Part shown: positions 8,691-18,724 of the stretch, in pieces | Numbering within the stretch: the first letter of the stretch is position 1 | Layout of the letters: every line of letters starts with the position of its first letter | Origin: an uncultured delta proteobacterium | GTDB lineage: Bacteria > Desulfobacterota > BSN033 > UBA1163 | NCBI GenBank assembly: GCA_963708295.1 | Contig: CAVPSJ010000012.1 | Location: 128,001 to 192,000 of the forward strand | Direction of reading: 5' to 3' | Length of the DNA: 64,000 nt | Position numbers and translations under genes: made by a program | Notes under the pieces: model-generated | Told to the model about the DNA's origin: nothing | The model's database searches: none | Seen by the model: the letters and a program-made list of their open reading frames with translations, nothing else

Positions 8691-11078
8691 ATGAAGATTA
8701 ATAGAAGAGAATTGCTAAAGTTGATGGGGGCGGCAACCCTGGGGGCGGCGCTGCCGGATGAACTCCTCCATGCCTTGCCCAAAGAGGGGGAATGGATTCC
8801 GTATGAGGAGTATTGGTCCACGGGTATCTGTCTTCAATGTCCCAGCGGATGCGGCCTCCGCATTCGCTCCGTCAACCATTGGCCGGTCAAGTTGGAAGGA
8901 ATAAAGGATTATCCCATCAACAAAGGCCGGCTCTGTCCAAAGGGTCAATCGGGCCTTCAGGTCCTCTACGATCCGGATCGAATCCGCCATCCCTTGAGGA
9001 GAAAAGGCAAAAGAGGAGAAGGGAGCTGGGAAAAGATTTCATGGGAGGAAGGTCTCCGGCTCGTTGTCGACAGATTGAAGGACCTGCGGCGAGAGGAAAG
9101 ACCTCAAGGTCTGATGGCCTGGGGAGGACGGTACCGCGGTCACATGGGAGAACTAATGGCGCGATTTATGGAAGCCTATGGCTCTCCCAACCACCTTGGA
9201 AATTCTGCGAGGGGCTCCGAGGGCATTTTAAAGGGTCATCTTTTCACCATGGGTGTAAGAGACTTTCTGGCGATCCACTGGGAAGAGGTGAATTATGTCC
9301 TCTCCTTTGGGGCCAGCCTTCTGGAAGCATCGAGACCTTCAATAAGAAATCTCTGGGGCTATGGATTTCTAAGAAGAGGAAGGCCCGGCATCAGGGGAAA
9401 AATTGTCCAGATCGAGCCGAGATTCTCTGTGACCGCATCAAAGGCAGACCAATGGGTTCCCATTCAGCCCGGGACCGATGGAGCGCTGGCTTTGGGGATT
9501 GCTCACTGGATGATCAAGGAGAAAAAATACGATCGCCCGTTCGTGGACCGCCATACCTTTGGATTCGAGGACTGGAAAGATCGTGACGGGAATCCCCATA
9601 TGGGTTTCAGCACCCTAGTGCTCAAAGAATACTCACCCAAGCAGGTCTCTTCATTAACAGGGGTATCCGAAGAGATGATCGTTCAGATGGCAAAAGAATT
9701 CTCATCTCACCTCCCCGGGATCGCCATTTCCGGAAGGGGGGTGGGCATGCAAACCAATGGAACCTACAGTCAGATGGCGATCGACAGCCTCAATGCCCTG
9801 GTCGGTTCGATCGATTCCCCGGGGGGGCTCCTGGTGCAAAGAAAGCCTCCCTTCCAAAACTGGCCTGCTCTTCAGAAAGACGACATCGCTCAAAAGGGCC
9901 TTTCTCAACCCAGGATCGACGGCGCGGGAACGATTCCCTTCCCCTTTGCAGAAGAGCTCCCTTCCGCACTTCCGGAAAGGATCGAGAAAGGCCGAACCTT
10001 ACCCCGTAGACACCCTTTTCCTGTACTATACCAATCCTCTATTCAGCCTTCCTGAAAACCGAAAAACTTCGGCCTGCTTTAGAAAAGGTCCCTTTCATCG
10101 TCAGCTTCTCACCTTTCATGGACGAGAGCAACAATGGTTTCTGATCTGGTCCTTCCGGATGGGACCTTCTTTGAGCGCTGGCAGGATGACGGTGTGGAGC
10201 CCGGATCGGGTTTCCCGATGTTCGGGCTGCGGAGTCCCACGATGGATCAGCCTCTCTACGACACCCGCAATACAGGGGATGTCATTATTCAGATAGCACA
10301 AGGAGTCGGCGGAAATGTTGGCAAATCATTTCCATGGAAGAATTTTCAGGACGCCTTAAAGGATGCCATCAAAGGAGTTTTTGCATCAAAACGGGGGTCG
10401 ATCCAGGCTAAAGATTTTGATCAGTTCTGGGATACCTTAGTCGAGCGAGGGGGTTGGTGGGATCCTCATTATCCCTTCGGAGAATGGAAGAGAAACTTTA
10501 ACACTCCGTCAGGAAAGTTTGAGTTCTTTTCCCTGGCGATGGAACATGGTCTGAAGGAGATTTCGAAAAGGAGCCAAAGGGATCTGGGTCATGTCTTAGG
10601 AGAACTCAAAATTGAGGCGAGAGGAGACAAGGTCTTTCTCCCTCATTTTGAAGAACCCCGATGGGTCGGGGAAGAAAAGGAATACCCTTTCCATCTCATC
10701 AACTACAAACTGATGACCATGGCGGAGGGGAGAGGAGCGAATCAACCCTATCTTCAAGAAATCATCGGACCTCATCTCTATGAAAAATGGGATTCCTGGG
10801 TCGAGATCAATCCGGAAACCGCTAAGAGCCTCGGGATCAAGGATGGAGATCCTGTTTGGGTGGAATCTCCCGCAGGGAAACTGAAATCGAAAGCAAGGCT
10901 TTTTCCGGGAACCCACCCGAAGTGCATTCATATTCCCTATGGACAGGGCCACAAGGCTTATGGCCGCTGGGCAAGAGGGAGGGGGATCAATCCAAATGAC
11001 CTTCTTCCGAGAGAATACGATCATCTGGGCGGGTTTGTCTCTTTCTCTTCAGCGAGGGTGAAGGTGTACAAGGCCTAG
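8691..11078 (+). CDS. Tat-exported molybdopterin-oxidoreductase-fold subunit (QrcB/ActB1-like); about 3 apparent frameshifts at 9990-10140
   Basis: RRELLK Tat motif, CLQCPSGC...GRLCPKG, PGTDGALALG. EPYPVDTLFLYYTNP, VPFIVSFSPFMDE and DLVLPD..FERW lie in successive frames; C-terminal VEINPETA..GIKDGD domain. Confidence 0.85.
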
Positions 11079-11187
11079 AGATGATAAGGCGTAGGGAGAT
11101 GGGGAGATAAAGCGATTATTTGACTCCCTGAGAGCGGTGAAAGAAGGATGTTGATAAAAATCACAGTGATGGCAATGGGGCAAAGAG

Positions 11188-11886
11188 ATGTACCGCTGGG
11201 GGATGGTAATCGATCTGGATAAATGCACGGGATGTCAGGCTTGCGTCGTGGCCTGCCGGCAGGAGAACAACATCCCGATTATGGGCGAGAAGTATGCCAG
11301 GCTGGGACGGGCGAAATTCTGGATGAATCTCATCCATGAGATCAAGGGAACCTATCCCGATGTGGAGATGCGCTTCATTCCCATGCCCTGCATGCACTGT
11401 GACAAACCGCCTTGTACCAAAGTCTGTCCCGTCGAAGCGACCTACAAGAACCCGGAAGGGATTGTCGCACAGGTCTATCCCCGCTGCATCGGAGTCCGGA
11501 TGTGCATTTCCAACTGCCCCTACACCGTCCGCTATTTCAATTGGTATCCACCTTCCTGGCCGGAAGAGTACAAAAAGGGGTTAAATCCGGATGTATACCC
11601 GCGTAGAAAAGGGATTACGGAGAAATGCAATTTTTGCATCCATAGGATTCGAAGAGCGAAGATGACCGCCAGGAAAGAGAATCGAAGAATAAGAGAGGGT
11701 GAGGTGACTCCTGCTTGTGTCGAGACCTGTCCGAGCGAAGCCCTCTCTTTTGGAGACCTGAATGACCCACAGAGTAGGGTTTCCAAGCTCTCTAAGAGCA
11801 GACGCGCCTTCCGGCTCATGGAGGACCTTGGAACGGAACCAAAAGTCTTTTATCTAAAAGAAGGGGACTGGTATGATGGAGAGTGA
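11188..11886 (+). CDS. Multi-cluster Fe-S subunit (NrfC/QrcC/ActB2-like)
   Basis: CTGCQACVVAC, CMHCDKPPCTKVCP, CIGVRMCISNCPY, KCNFC...PACVETCP. Confidence 0.93.
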   Translation: MYRWGMVIDLDKCTGCQACVVACRQENNIPIMGEKYARLGRAKFWMNLIHEIKGTYPDVEMRFIPMPCMHCDKPPCTKVCPVEATYKNPEGIVAQVYPRCIGVRMCISNCPYTVRYFNWYPPSWPEEYKKGLNPDVYPRRKGITEKCNFCIHRIRRAKMTARKENRRIREGEVTPACVETCPSEALSFGDLNDPQSRVSKLSKSRRAFRLMEDLGTEPKVFYLKEGDWYDGE

Positions 11887-13198
11887 GGCTGTCGCCGAAA
11901 AACATAGGCGTCTCATCGAACCACTGACCCGATGGGGGAGAGGCTCTTTGATCCTGATCAGTCTCCTCTCAGCGGTCGTCCTCTGGTCCGTCTTCGCATT
12001 TGTCTGGCAATTCATAGAGGGGTTGGGGGAGACCGGGATGGGCCACCCCGTGTCATGGGCTCTCTACCTTGTCAATTTCGTCTTCTTCATCGGGATCAGC
12101 CATGCGGGTGCTCTGGTCTCGGCAGTCCTCAGAATCACTCATGCCAGATGGGGGACTCCATTCGGCCGTGCCGCAGAGGCTGTGACTGTTTTCGCCCTGG
12201 CGGCAGGTCCGACCAACATCCTCTTCGATCTCGGTCGATCTTACCTCTTCTACTGGGTGGCTCTCCACGCCCAGTTCAAATCGCCACTCCTGTGGGATTT
12301 CACCTGCATCATGACTTACTTCACCGTCAGCAATATTTTCCTTTTAGTACTCATGGTCCCTGACGTTGCTTTCCTCAGGGATCGGTTCCCGGGCCGGAGA
12401 TGGCTTTACAAGCCGCTCTCTTTCGGGTGGACGGGAACAGAAAGACAGCAACGGAATTTGGGAAAGGCGATCGCCATCCTGTGCGTCGCAGTCATCCCGA
12501 TTGCCGTCAGCGTCCATACGGTGGTGTCCTGGGTCTTCGGGATGCAGACTCAACCGATGTGGCACAGCTCGATCTTCGCTCCTTATTTCGTGACCGGAGC
12601 CATCTTTTCGGGAATCGCCACGATCATTGTCGTCATCATTGCCCTAAGGAAGGCCTACCATTTTGAACATTATCTGAAGCCTCACCACTTCAACAATATG
12701 GGTTTGCTGCTTCTCGTCTTCACTCTCCTCTGGTTTTACTTTACCTTTGCTGAACATCTGACTGCGGTTTATGGAGGGGATTCTTTTGAAGTCACCGTCT
12801 TCTGGGCGAAGGTGGCCGGGAAGTATGCTCCCCTTTTCTGGACCATGGTGACTCTTTGCTTCGTGATTCCTTTTCCCATTCTTGTATTCAAGCGCACCAT
12901 TCCAGGACTTCTGATCTCATCGGTTTCGATCATTATTGGGATGTGGCTGGAACGGTTCCTCATCATCATCCCCTCTTTCACTCAACCTCGCCTTCCCTAT
13001 GCCCGTGGCCTTTATACGCCTTCCTGGGTGGAGTGGTCGATGACGGCGGGTCTCTGTGCAGGGTTCACTCTGGCTTTCGTTCTCTTCTCAAAACTCTTCC
13101 CGGTGATTTCCATCTGGGAAACGGAGAAGGAAGAAAAGGAAAGGGGTGAAACCGCTCATCGGATACAGGGCGAGGCGATGGATCCAGGCTCTTTTTAA
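11873..13198 (+). CDS. nrfD: NrfD/PsrC-family quinol-interacting membrane subunit (ActC/QrcD-like)
   Basis: NFVFFIGISHAG, R.AEA.T, DLGR, SPLLWD, SVHTVVS..WHSSIFAPYFVTGAIFSG, GMWLERF; about 10 TM. Confidence 0.9.
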   Translation: MMESEAVAEKHRRLIEPLTRWGRGSLILISLLSAVVLWSVFAFVWQFIEGLGETGMGHPVSWALYLVNFVFFIGISHAGALVSAVLRITHARWGTPFGRAAEAVTVFALAAGPTNILFDLGRSYLFYWVALHAQFKSPLLWDFTCIMTYFTVSNIFLLVLMVPDVAFLRDRFPGRRWLYKPLSFGWTGTERQQRNLGKAIAILCVAVIPIAVSVHTVVSWVFGMQTQPMWHSSIFAPYFVTGAIFSGIATIIVVIIALRKAYHFEHYLKPHHFNNMGLLLLVFTLLWFYFTFAEHLTAVYGGDSFEVTVFWAKVAGKYAPLFWTMVTLCFVIPFPILVFKRTIPGLLISSVSIIIGMWLERFLIIIPSFTQPRLPYARGLYTPSWVEWSMTAGLCAGFTLAFVLFSKLFPVISIWETEKEEKERGETAHRIQGEAMDPGSF

Positions 13199-13210
13199 CG
13201 GGAAGAATCC

Positions 13211-15154
13211 ATGTTTAAGAAAGTTCTCATTGCCAATCGGGGAGAAATCGCGGTTCGTATCCTCCGCGCCTGCCATGAGCTGGGGATCTCGGTCGCGGCT
13301 GTTTACTCCGAGCAGGATCGGGGGGCCTTGCATGTCCGCTACGCTGACGAGGCTTACTCGTTAGGCAGCGGAACCTCCGAAAACACTTACCTCTCCGGAG
13401 ATAAGATTCTGACGATCGCTGAAAAAGCGGGGGCAGATGCGATCCATCCCGGATACGGATTCTTGGCCGAAAACCCGGACTTCGCTCGATCGTGCCAGGA
13501 AAAGGGGGTTGTCTTCATTGGACCCTCCGGGGAATCTCTGGAAATCATGGGTCGAAAGCTGACGGCAAGATCGAACATGACCCGGGCTTCGATTCCCGTG
13601 ATTCCGGGGGGCGAATTTCCTCCGGATGACAAAGAGGGCGCCCTGAAGGCCGCCCGTGATCTGCGATATCCGGTGCTCATCAAAGCCGTTGCGGGGGGCG
13701 GAGGGAAAGGGATCCGGCGCGTGGACCGGAAGGAACAATTTTTTGAAGCGGTGCGCGTCGCAAGGACGGAGGCCAGGGCCGCCTTCGGAAATGACGCCCT
13801 CTATCTTGAGAAATACATCTCCCGCGCGCGGCACATCGAGTTTCAGATTCTGGCCGATCATTACGGGAACATCATCCATCTTTTCGACCGGGAGTGCTCC
13901 ATCCAGAGGAGGTACCAAAAGATCCTTGAGGAGTGCCCTTCTCCTTTCTTAGACGACACTACCCGCCTTCGAATGGCCGGGGTGGCCCTCTCCGCTGCCA
14001 TCGCCGTCAACTATACCGGGGCGGGGACGGTGGAATTTCTCGTGGACCCGGAGAAAAATTTCTTTTACCTCGAACTCAACGCCCGCCTCCAGGTGGAACA
14101 CCCGGTCACGGAAATGGTGACCGGGGTGGATATCGTGAAGGCACAAATCCGCATCGCTGAAGGTGAAAAGCTTTCTCTGACTCAAAAGGACGTTCAACCG
14201 GTCGGGGCATCCCTGGTCTGCCGAATCTATGCGGAAGATCCCGAGACTCATTTCTTCCCTTCCGCAGGAAGAATTGAGAGGCTCCAGATTCCGAGCGGAC
14301 CCGGGATTCGCGTGGACCTCGGAATCTACCAGGGTTATACGGTTCCGATCGACTACGATCCGATCATCGCCAAGGTCATCGCCTGGGGCCGGAATCGGCA
14401 GGAGGCCCTTTTGCGAATGGACCGGGCACTCCGGGAACTCGTCATCCAAGGGGTCAAGACGACCATTCCGTTCCACCGCTGGCTCATCAACCATCCCTCC
14501 TTCATCAAGGGGGATTTCGACACCACCTTCGTGGATCGGGAATACTTACAGAAAAAGCAGGAGCAGAAAGATTCCTTCTGGGAGACTGCCTGCATCGCCA
14601 CTGCCATCCGGGCCTATCAGAAAGACCGGAAGGGCCCCGGACATGAATACAAGATCAAACTTGGGGATGCCCTTTATGACGTGAGGGTGGAATCCATCCG
14701 CGGTCGTGTCTATCGTGTTTTTCTTCTCAGTCACGACCATCACGTTGATTTTTTCGAAGTCTCGGAGAATCTTTACTCCATGATCTCGGATGGTCATTCC
14801 TACGAAGTGGATATGATGGAAAAAGGGAATCTCTATCAGGTCTTCGTGGGAGGAAGGAGTTACACGTCTGAAATCCTTGGACCGGGAAGAAGGCCTCCTT
14901 CTCCCGTCAAAGAGGGAAAACCCCCTCTCTCTCGTAAAGAGGTGGTAACCTCTCCGATGACCTGTAAGATTGCCAGGATTCTGATCAAGGTTGGAGAGGT
15001 CGCGCAGATTGGCCAGGGGCTCCTCATCACAGAGGCCATGAAGATGGAAATGGCCATCCCCTCTCCCATGAGGGGAAGAGTCAAGGAGCTTTTGGTGAAG
15101 GAAGGAGAAACCGTTGATGCAGGAGCAAAGCTCCTGACCCTGGCTCCTCTTTGA
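13211..15154 (+). CDS. Acyl-CoA carboxylase alpha-type subunit: biotin carboxylase fused to biotin carrier domain
   Basis: KKVLIANRGEIAVR, HPGYGFLAEN, GGGGKG, ECSIQRR, RLQVEHPVTE and C-terminal EAMKME. Confidence 0.93.
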   Translation: MFKKVLIANRGEIAVRILRACHELGISVAAVYSEQDRGALHVRYADEAYSLGSGTSENTYLSGDKILTIAEKAGADAIHPGYGFLAENPDFARSCQEKGVVFIGPSGESLEIMGRKLTARSNMTRASIPVIPGGEFPPDDKEGALKAARDLRYPVLIKAVAGGGGKGIRRVDRKEQFFEAVRVARTEARAAFGNDALYLEKYISRARHIEFQILADHYGNIIHLFDRECSIQRRYQKILEECPSPFLDDTTRLRMAGVALSAAIAVNYTGAGTVEFLVDPEKNFFYLELNARLQVEHPVTEMVTGVDIVKAQIRIAEGEKLSLTQKDVQPVGASLVCRIYAEDPETHFFPSAGRIERLQIPSGPGIRVDLGIYQGYTVPIDYDPIIAKVIAWGRNRQEALLRMDRALRELVIQGVKTTIPFHRWLINHPSFIKGDFDTTFVDREYLQKKQEQKDSFWETACIATAIRAYQKDRKGPGHEYKIKLGDALYDVRVESIRGRVYRVFLLSHDHHVDFFEVSENLYSMISDGHSYEVDMMEKGNLYQVFVGGRSYTSEILGPGRRPPSPVKEGKPPLSRKEVVTSPMTCKIARILIKVGEVAQIGQGLLITEAMKMEMAIPSPMRGRVKELLVKEGETVDAGAKLLTLAPL

Positions 15155-15241
15155 AGAGGGAACCCTTCGCCTTCTCCTTGCGCCTTTCTCTACCGTCTTC
15201 CGGCGAGAGAGCATGAATTGAAACTTACTAATTTACTAATG

Positions 15242-15433
15242 GGGCCATAATTGAGAAGACATAATTATACTGCTCCGGCAAATCCCCATCCCCTTCCTAA
15301 CCTCCCCCTTGAAGGGGGAGGAACGTGACGCTTTCTCTCCCCGTCAGGGAAGGAGCGCAACTGTTTCCCTCCCCTTCAGGGGGAGGGAAAGGGTGGGGGT
15401 GGGCTTAATCAGATGTCTATCCAACTATGGACC
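15242..15433. mobile_element. Candidate MITE with imperfect 21-bp terminal inverted repeats and internal CCCTCCCC/GGGGAGGG hairpins
   Basis: Left GGGCCATAATTGAGAAGACAT vs reverse complement of the right end GGTCCATAGTTGGATAGACAT (16/21 match); internal hairpins near 15301-15321 and 15364-15390. Confidence 0.55.
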
Positions 15434-15471
15434 GATTAATAAAAAATCCACCGGGCCAAGGAGGAAGAAAA

Positions 15472-15873
15472 ATGAAAAAATGGACATGGACGGTGATCGT
15501 CGGATCTCTTTCTCTTTTTGCCTCATCCGGCATCGTTCTTGGAGCAGATCCTAAGCCTCCCCAGAAGACGCCCGATCTGGTAAACGTGGGCAAAAAACTC
15601 TACGACCAGAATTGCCTCCCCTGCCATGGGGCAAAAGGAGAAGGAAAGGGACCGCTTGCGGCTGCGCTCACGCCTCACCCGTCAGACTTTGCCCTGCCCC
15701 TGAAAGACTGGCCCCATACAAAAGGAGACCCGGAGAAAATCTTAGGGGTGATTACAAAAGGCATTCCGGATTCGGCCATGGTAGGGTTTCCCCAGTTATC
15801 GGACAAGGAAAGGTGGGGGTTGGTCTACAGAGTGATGGAATTTTCCGTACCGTCAGGGAGGAAGGGGAAATAA
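15472..15873 (+). CDS. Periplasmic monoheme cytochrome c
   Basis: RBS AGGAGG, signal peptide, CLPCH, distal Met (SAMVGF). Confidence 0.9.
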   Translation: MKKWTWTVIVGSLSLFASSGIVLGADPKPPQKTPDLVNVGKKLYDQNCLPCHGAKGEGKGPLAAALTPHPSDFALPLKDWPHTKGDPEKILGVITKGIPDSAMVGFPQLSDKERWGLVYRVMEFSVPSGRKGK

Positions 15874-15891
15874 ATAGTCGCGGACGAAGAG

Positions 15892-16785
15892 CTACCCTTC
15901 TTTCTTCTCTTCATCCTCCAATTTTTTCAGGAAGGCCTGAATGTAAACCACCTTGTCTTCTTTCAGCCTGTCGTCCCCTTCTGACTGCCCGGGAATCCTC
16001 CCGGACTGCTTATAAACTTCTTCCAACTGATGGATGACCTCCTGGAGCTTGGGATCCTCTTCCACCAGATGGTTGATCTGCTGATCAAAATACTCACCGG
16101 CCTTTTCGAGTTCGGAGAGGTCAACTTCCATGCGGGTCAAGTCCATCAATCTTTTCAGGACCGAGCAGGCCGTTTTTATATTCTTGGTCTGAAGATATTG
16201 CGGGACATGGCCCCAAAGGCTGACGCCCTTCAAACCCCTCTTTCTCGCGGCCTCGAGAATAAACGTATGAATGCTGATGGGGCCGGAATATTCCGTCAGC
16301 CCCAGCCCCGCCCGGATCAGTTTCTCCCTCAACTCCTCATGATTGAACAGGGCGCTGACCATGGGAGGATAGGTGTGAGGGATGTAATCGTAAGTGCCGC
16401 CGAGGGTGAAGATCTGGGCGACATTGAAATGTTCCGCCAGGTCGAGAAGAAGGTGAGCAAACCGATCCCATCGAAGATGAGGCTCGACCCCGTGAAAGAG
16501 GATGAGGTCGTTGAAAAGCGGAGCCTTGACATAGTAAAAATCGTTGGCGGGCGGCTTCAATTCAAGCAGCCTTCCCTCTTTAATAACCGCCATCGGCCGC
16601 AGGGAAGAGATTTGATAAAACATCTCCGTCTGAATGGAAGCGAATTTCTTGGCTTTTAAGCTGTCGATCAAATGCTGAAGAGCATAAGAAGAAACCTCTC
16701 CTGCGTTCGGCCACCCTTCAAAGCCGATGATCATGGAGGGTTTATCAAGGTTTGGTTTCTCGGTATAAATCACTTCTTCCATCAA
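15892..16785 (-). CDS. PAC2 family protein
   Basis: GFEGWPNAGEVS, EPHLRW, PHT.P, SLWGHVPQY. Confidence 0.85.
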   Translation of the reverse strand: MMEEVIYTEKPNLDKPSMIIGFEGWPNAGEVSSYALQHLIDSLKAKKFASIQTEMFYQISSLRPMAVIKEGRLLELKPPANDFYYVKAPLFNDLILFHGVEPHLRWDRFAHLLLDLAEHFNVAQIFTLGGTYDYIPHTYPPMVSALFNHEELREKLIRAGLGLTEYSGPISIHTFILEAARKRGLKGVSLWGHVPQYLQTKNIKTACSVLKRLMDLTRMEVDLSELEKAGEYFDQQINHLVEEDPKLQEVIHQLEEVYKQSGRIPGQSEGDDRLKEDKVVYIQAFLKKLEDEEKKEG

Positions 16786-16834
16786 GGCTCATCCCCCGTT
16801 CAGTATAGCCCAAAACGGGAAAAAATACGACACA

Positions 16835-17467
16835 TCACTCCGATTTAGAGCGGTTGATCAGTCTTCCCGCTGTCACCTGACCCAGCACCACCATATCTTC
16901 CAGGGTAAGATAATGGTCTATAGAGGCATCGAAGAGAAGCTGGACGGACGGCGGAAATTCTTCGTCCCCTTCCCAGAGGACGTACTGAAGGGGCACACGG
17001 GGGAAAGCATGAAGAATGAAAGAAGCATCCCCGATCTCAACGGACTCGCCCCCGGATCGGATGCCCGTCTCTTTAAACGAGTGGGCCGACTTCCCAAATT
17101 TCCTCTGCAACGGTTCTGTCACCCGCCTGGCAAAAACACCCGCGTAGAGGAGGCCTCCCGGAATATCTTTGTACGCCGCCCATTTTCCCGTGAGGGGATA
17201 ACCGTCGGCACGCATCAGATAATGAAGGAGGAGAATCCGGGTCACCAGGGAAACCACCTTTTTCGACGGAGAATGAAATTCTATTTGAGGAAACTGAATC
17301 GTATAGCGCTCCCAAAAAAAAGGAACGGTGATTTTTTCTCCCTCTTTTCCTTTTTCGTAATCTGCCCCGGCCTTCATCGCCCTCTCTTCGGGATTCATCC
17401 CCCGGATGGAAGAACAGGCAAGGTCAAGCGTCTGCTGATAATTTTTTTGCTTGGAGAGTTCCATCAC
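16835..17467 (-). CDS. DUF3786 domain protein
   Basis: ILLLHYL, YKDIPGG..Y..F, FPRVP...LWEGDEEFPP..LFD...YL..ED. Confidence 0.85.
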   Translation of the reverse strand: MMELSKQKNYQQTLDLACSSIRGMNPEERAMKAGADYEKGKEGEKITVPFFWERYTIQFPQIEFHSPSKKVVSLVTRILLLHYLMRADGYPLTGKWAAYKDIPGGLLYAGVFARRVTEPLQRKFGKSAHSFKETGIRSGGESVEIGDASFILHAFPRVPLQYVLWEGDEEFPPSVQLLFDASIDHYLTLEDMVVLGQVTAGRLINRSKSE

Positions 17468-17507
17468 TCACTCTAAAACCCCTTATCGCAAGGCGCACAG
17501 CGATTAA

Positions 17508-17629
17508 AATCACAAATTCCAAATCCCAAATAAGCTCCAAATCCCAATTTCAAATGACCAAACACGTCCGTATTGAAATTTTGGTGATCGGAATTTATTT
17601 GGGATTTAGCGCTTGGCATTTGGTGCTTC
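17508..17629. repeat. Quasi-palindromic heptamer-repeat element, copy 2 (inverted relative to 8524-8655)
   Basis: Reverse complement aligns with copy 1 over its length, including GGAGCTTATTTGGGATTTGGAATTTGTGATT. Confidence 0.85.
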
Positions 17630-17631
17630 CG

Positions 17632-18300
17632 TCATCCAATCTCTTCTCTCAATTTCCTTATCGTTTCCTCGTAGTTTTCCGTCTTGAAGATACCCGTGCC
17701 CACGACGAAGATATCCGCACCGGCCCTTGAAACCTCCCTGATATTCTCAGCCTTCACTCCCCCGTCGACTTCTATCTCCAGGGGGTGACGGTTTTGATCG
17801 ACGATTTTCCTCAATCGTTCGATCTTTTTCAGGGTCGAGGGAATAAAGGATTGTCCGCCAAACCCGGGGTTCACCGACATGATCAGAACTAAGTCGATTT
17901 CATCCAGAACCGGAAAAAGTGCTTTTAACGGAGTCGCCGGTTTGAGCACAATGCCCGGTCTCGCCCTCAACTGGCGAACCTTCTTGATCACCCGCTTGAG
18001 GTGAGGACACGTTTCGGCATGAACCGTCATCCAGTCGCCCCCCGCCTGGGCAAACGCCTCGATATAACGCTCAGGGTTCTCGATCATGAGATGGACATCC
18101 AGCGGCAACGAGGTCAGCTTTTTCAATCCCTGCACCACCAGAGGCCCGATGGTGATGTTGGGGACAAAATGCCCGTCCATCACGTCGACATGGATCACAT
18201 CGGCTCCCGCCTTTTCAACCGCCCTTACCTCGTCGGCGAGGCGGCTGAAATCAGCAGACAAAATCGAAGGCGCTATCTTTTTCACGGATACCCTCCCCAT
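17632..18300 (-). CDS. rpe: Ribulose-phosphate 3-epimerase
   Basis: IAPSILSADF, HVDVMDGHFVPN, DVHLM, MSVNPGFGGQ, EVDGG. Confidence 0.97.
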   Translation of the reverse strand: MGRVSVKKIAPSILSADFSRLADEVRAVEKAGADVIHVDVMDGHFVPNITIGPLVVQGLKKLTSLPLDVHLMIENPERYIEAFAQAGGDWMTVHAETCPHLKRVIKKVRQLRARPGIVLKPATPLKALFPVLDEIDLVLIMSVNPGFGGQSFIPSTLKKIERLRKIVDQNRHPLEIEVDGGVKAENIREVSRAGADIFVVGTGIFKTENYEETIRKLREEIG

Positions 18301-18724
18301 TGTTCATGAAAGAATCTCTTCATTCTATTTCTCAGAAATCTTAAATCGGCCCTCGCCTCTTTGCAGAGAGAGATGGGTCATCCTTGGCATCCCTGGAAAT
18401 ACTTGACCACATCTTGCTTGAACTCTCTCACACCAACAAATTTAATCTTACTCACCTTCAAAAATAGTGTTACCACAAATGTGGGGATAATTCAAAAGGT
18501 TCTTATCAGGGGCTTATCTCCCTATCTCGGATGGCCCTAAAAAGGAAAGGAGGTTATAATTAGAAACTGGAAAGATCTATCCCGCCTTCATAACGGATTT
18601 GGGCGGGTAAAGATGTTTCAACTGCAACTTCGCCCTGAGATATAAGAATTTGTTTCAGTAAAAGAAGGCGGTTATCTTATTCAAATCCCCATCGTGTCAC
18701 AGCGACAATTTTGTGGAGGTTAAG

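Noticed and set aside
9980-10140. Programmed frameshifting or a natural split in the Mo-fold subunit
   Set aside because: Three shifts within 150 bp and similar indels in unrelated genes point to consensus errors; no single slippery site explains them.
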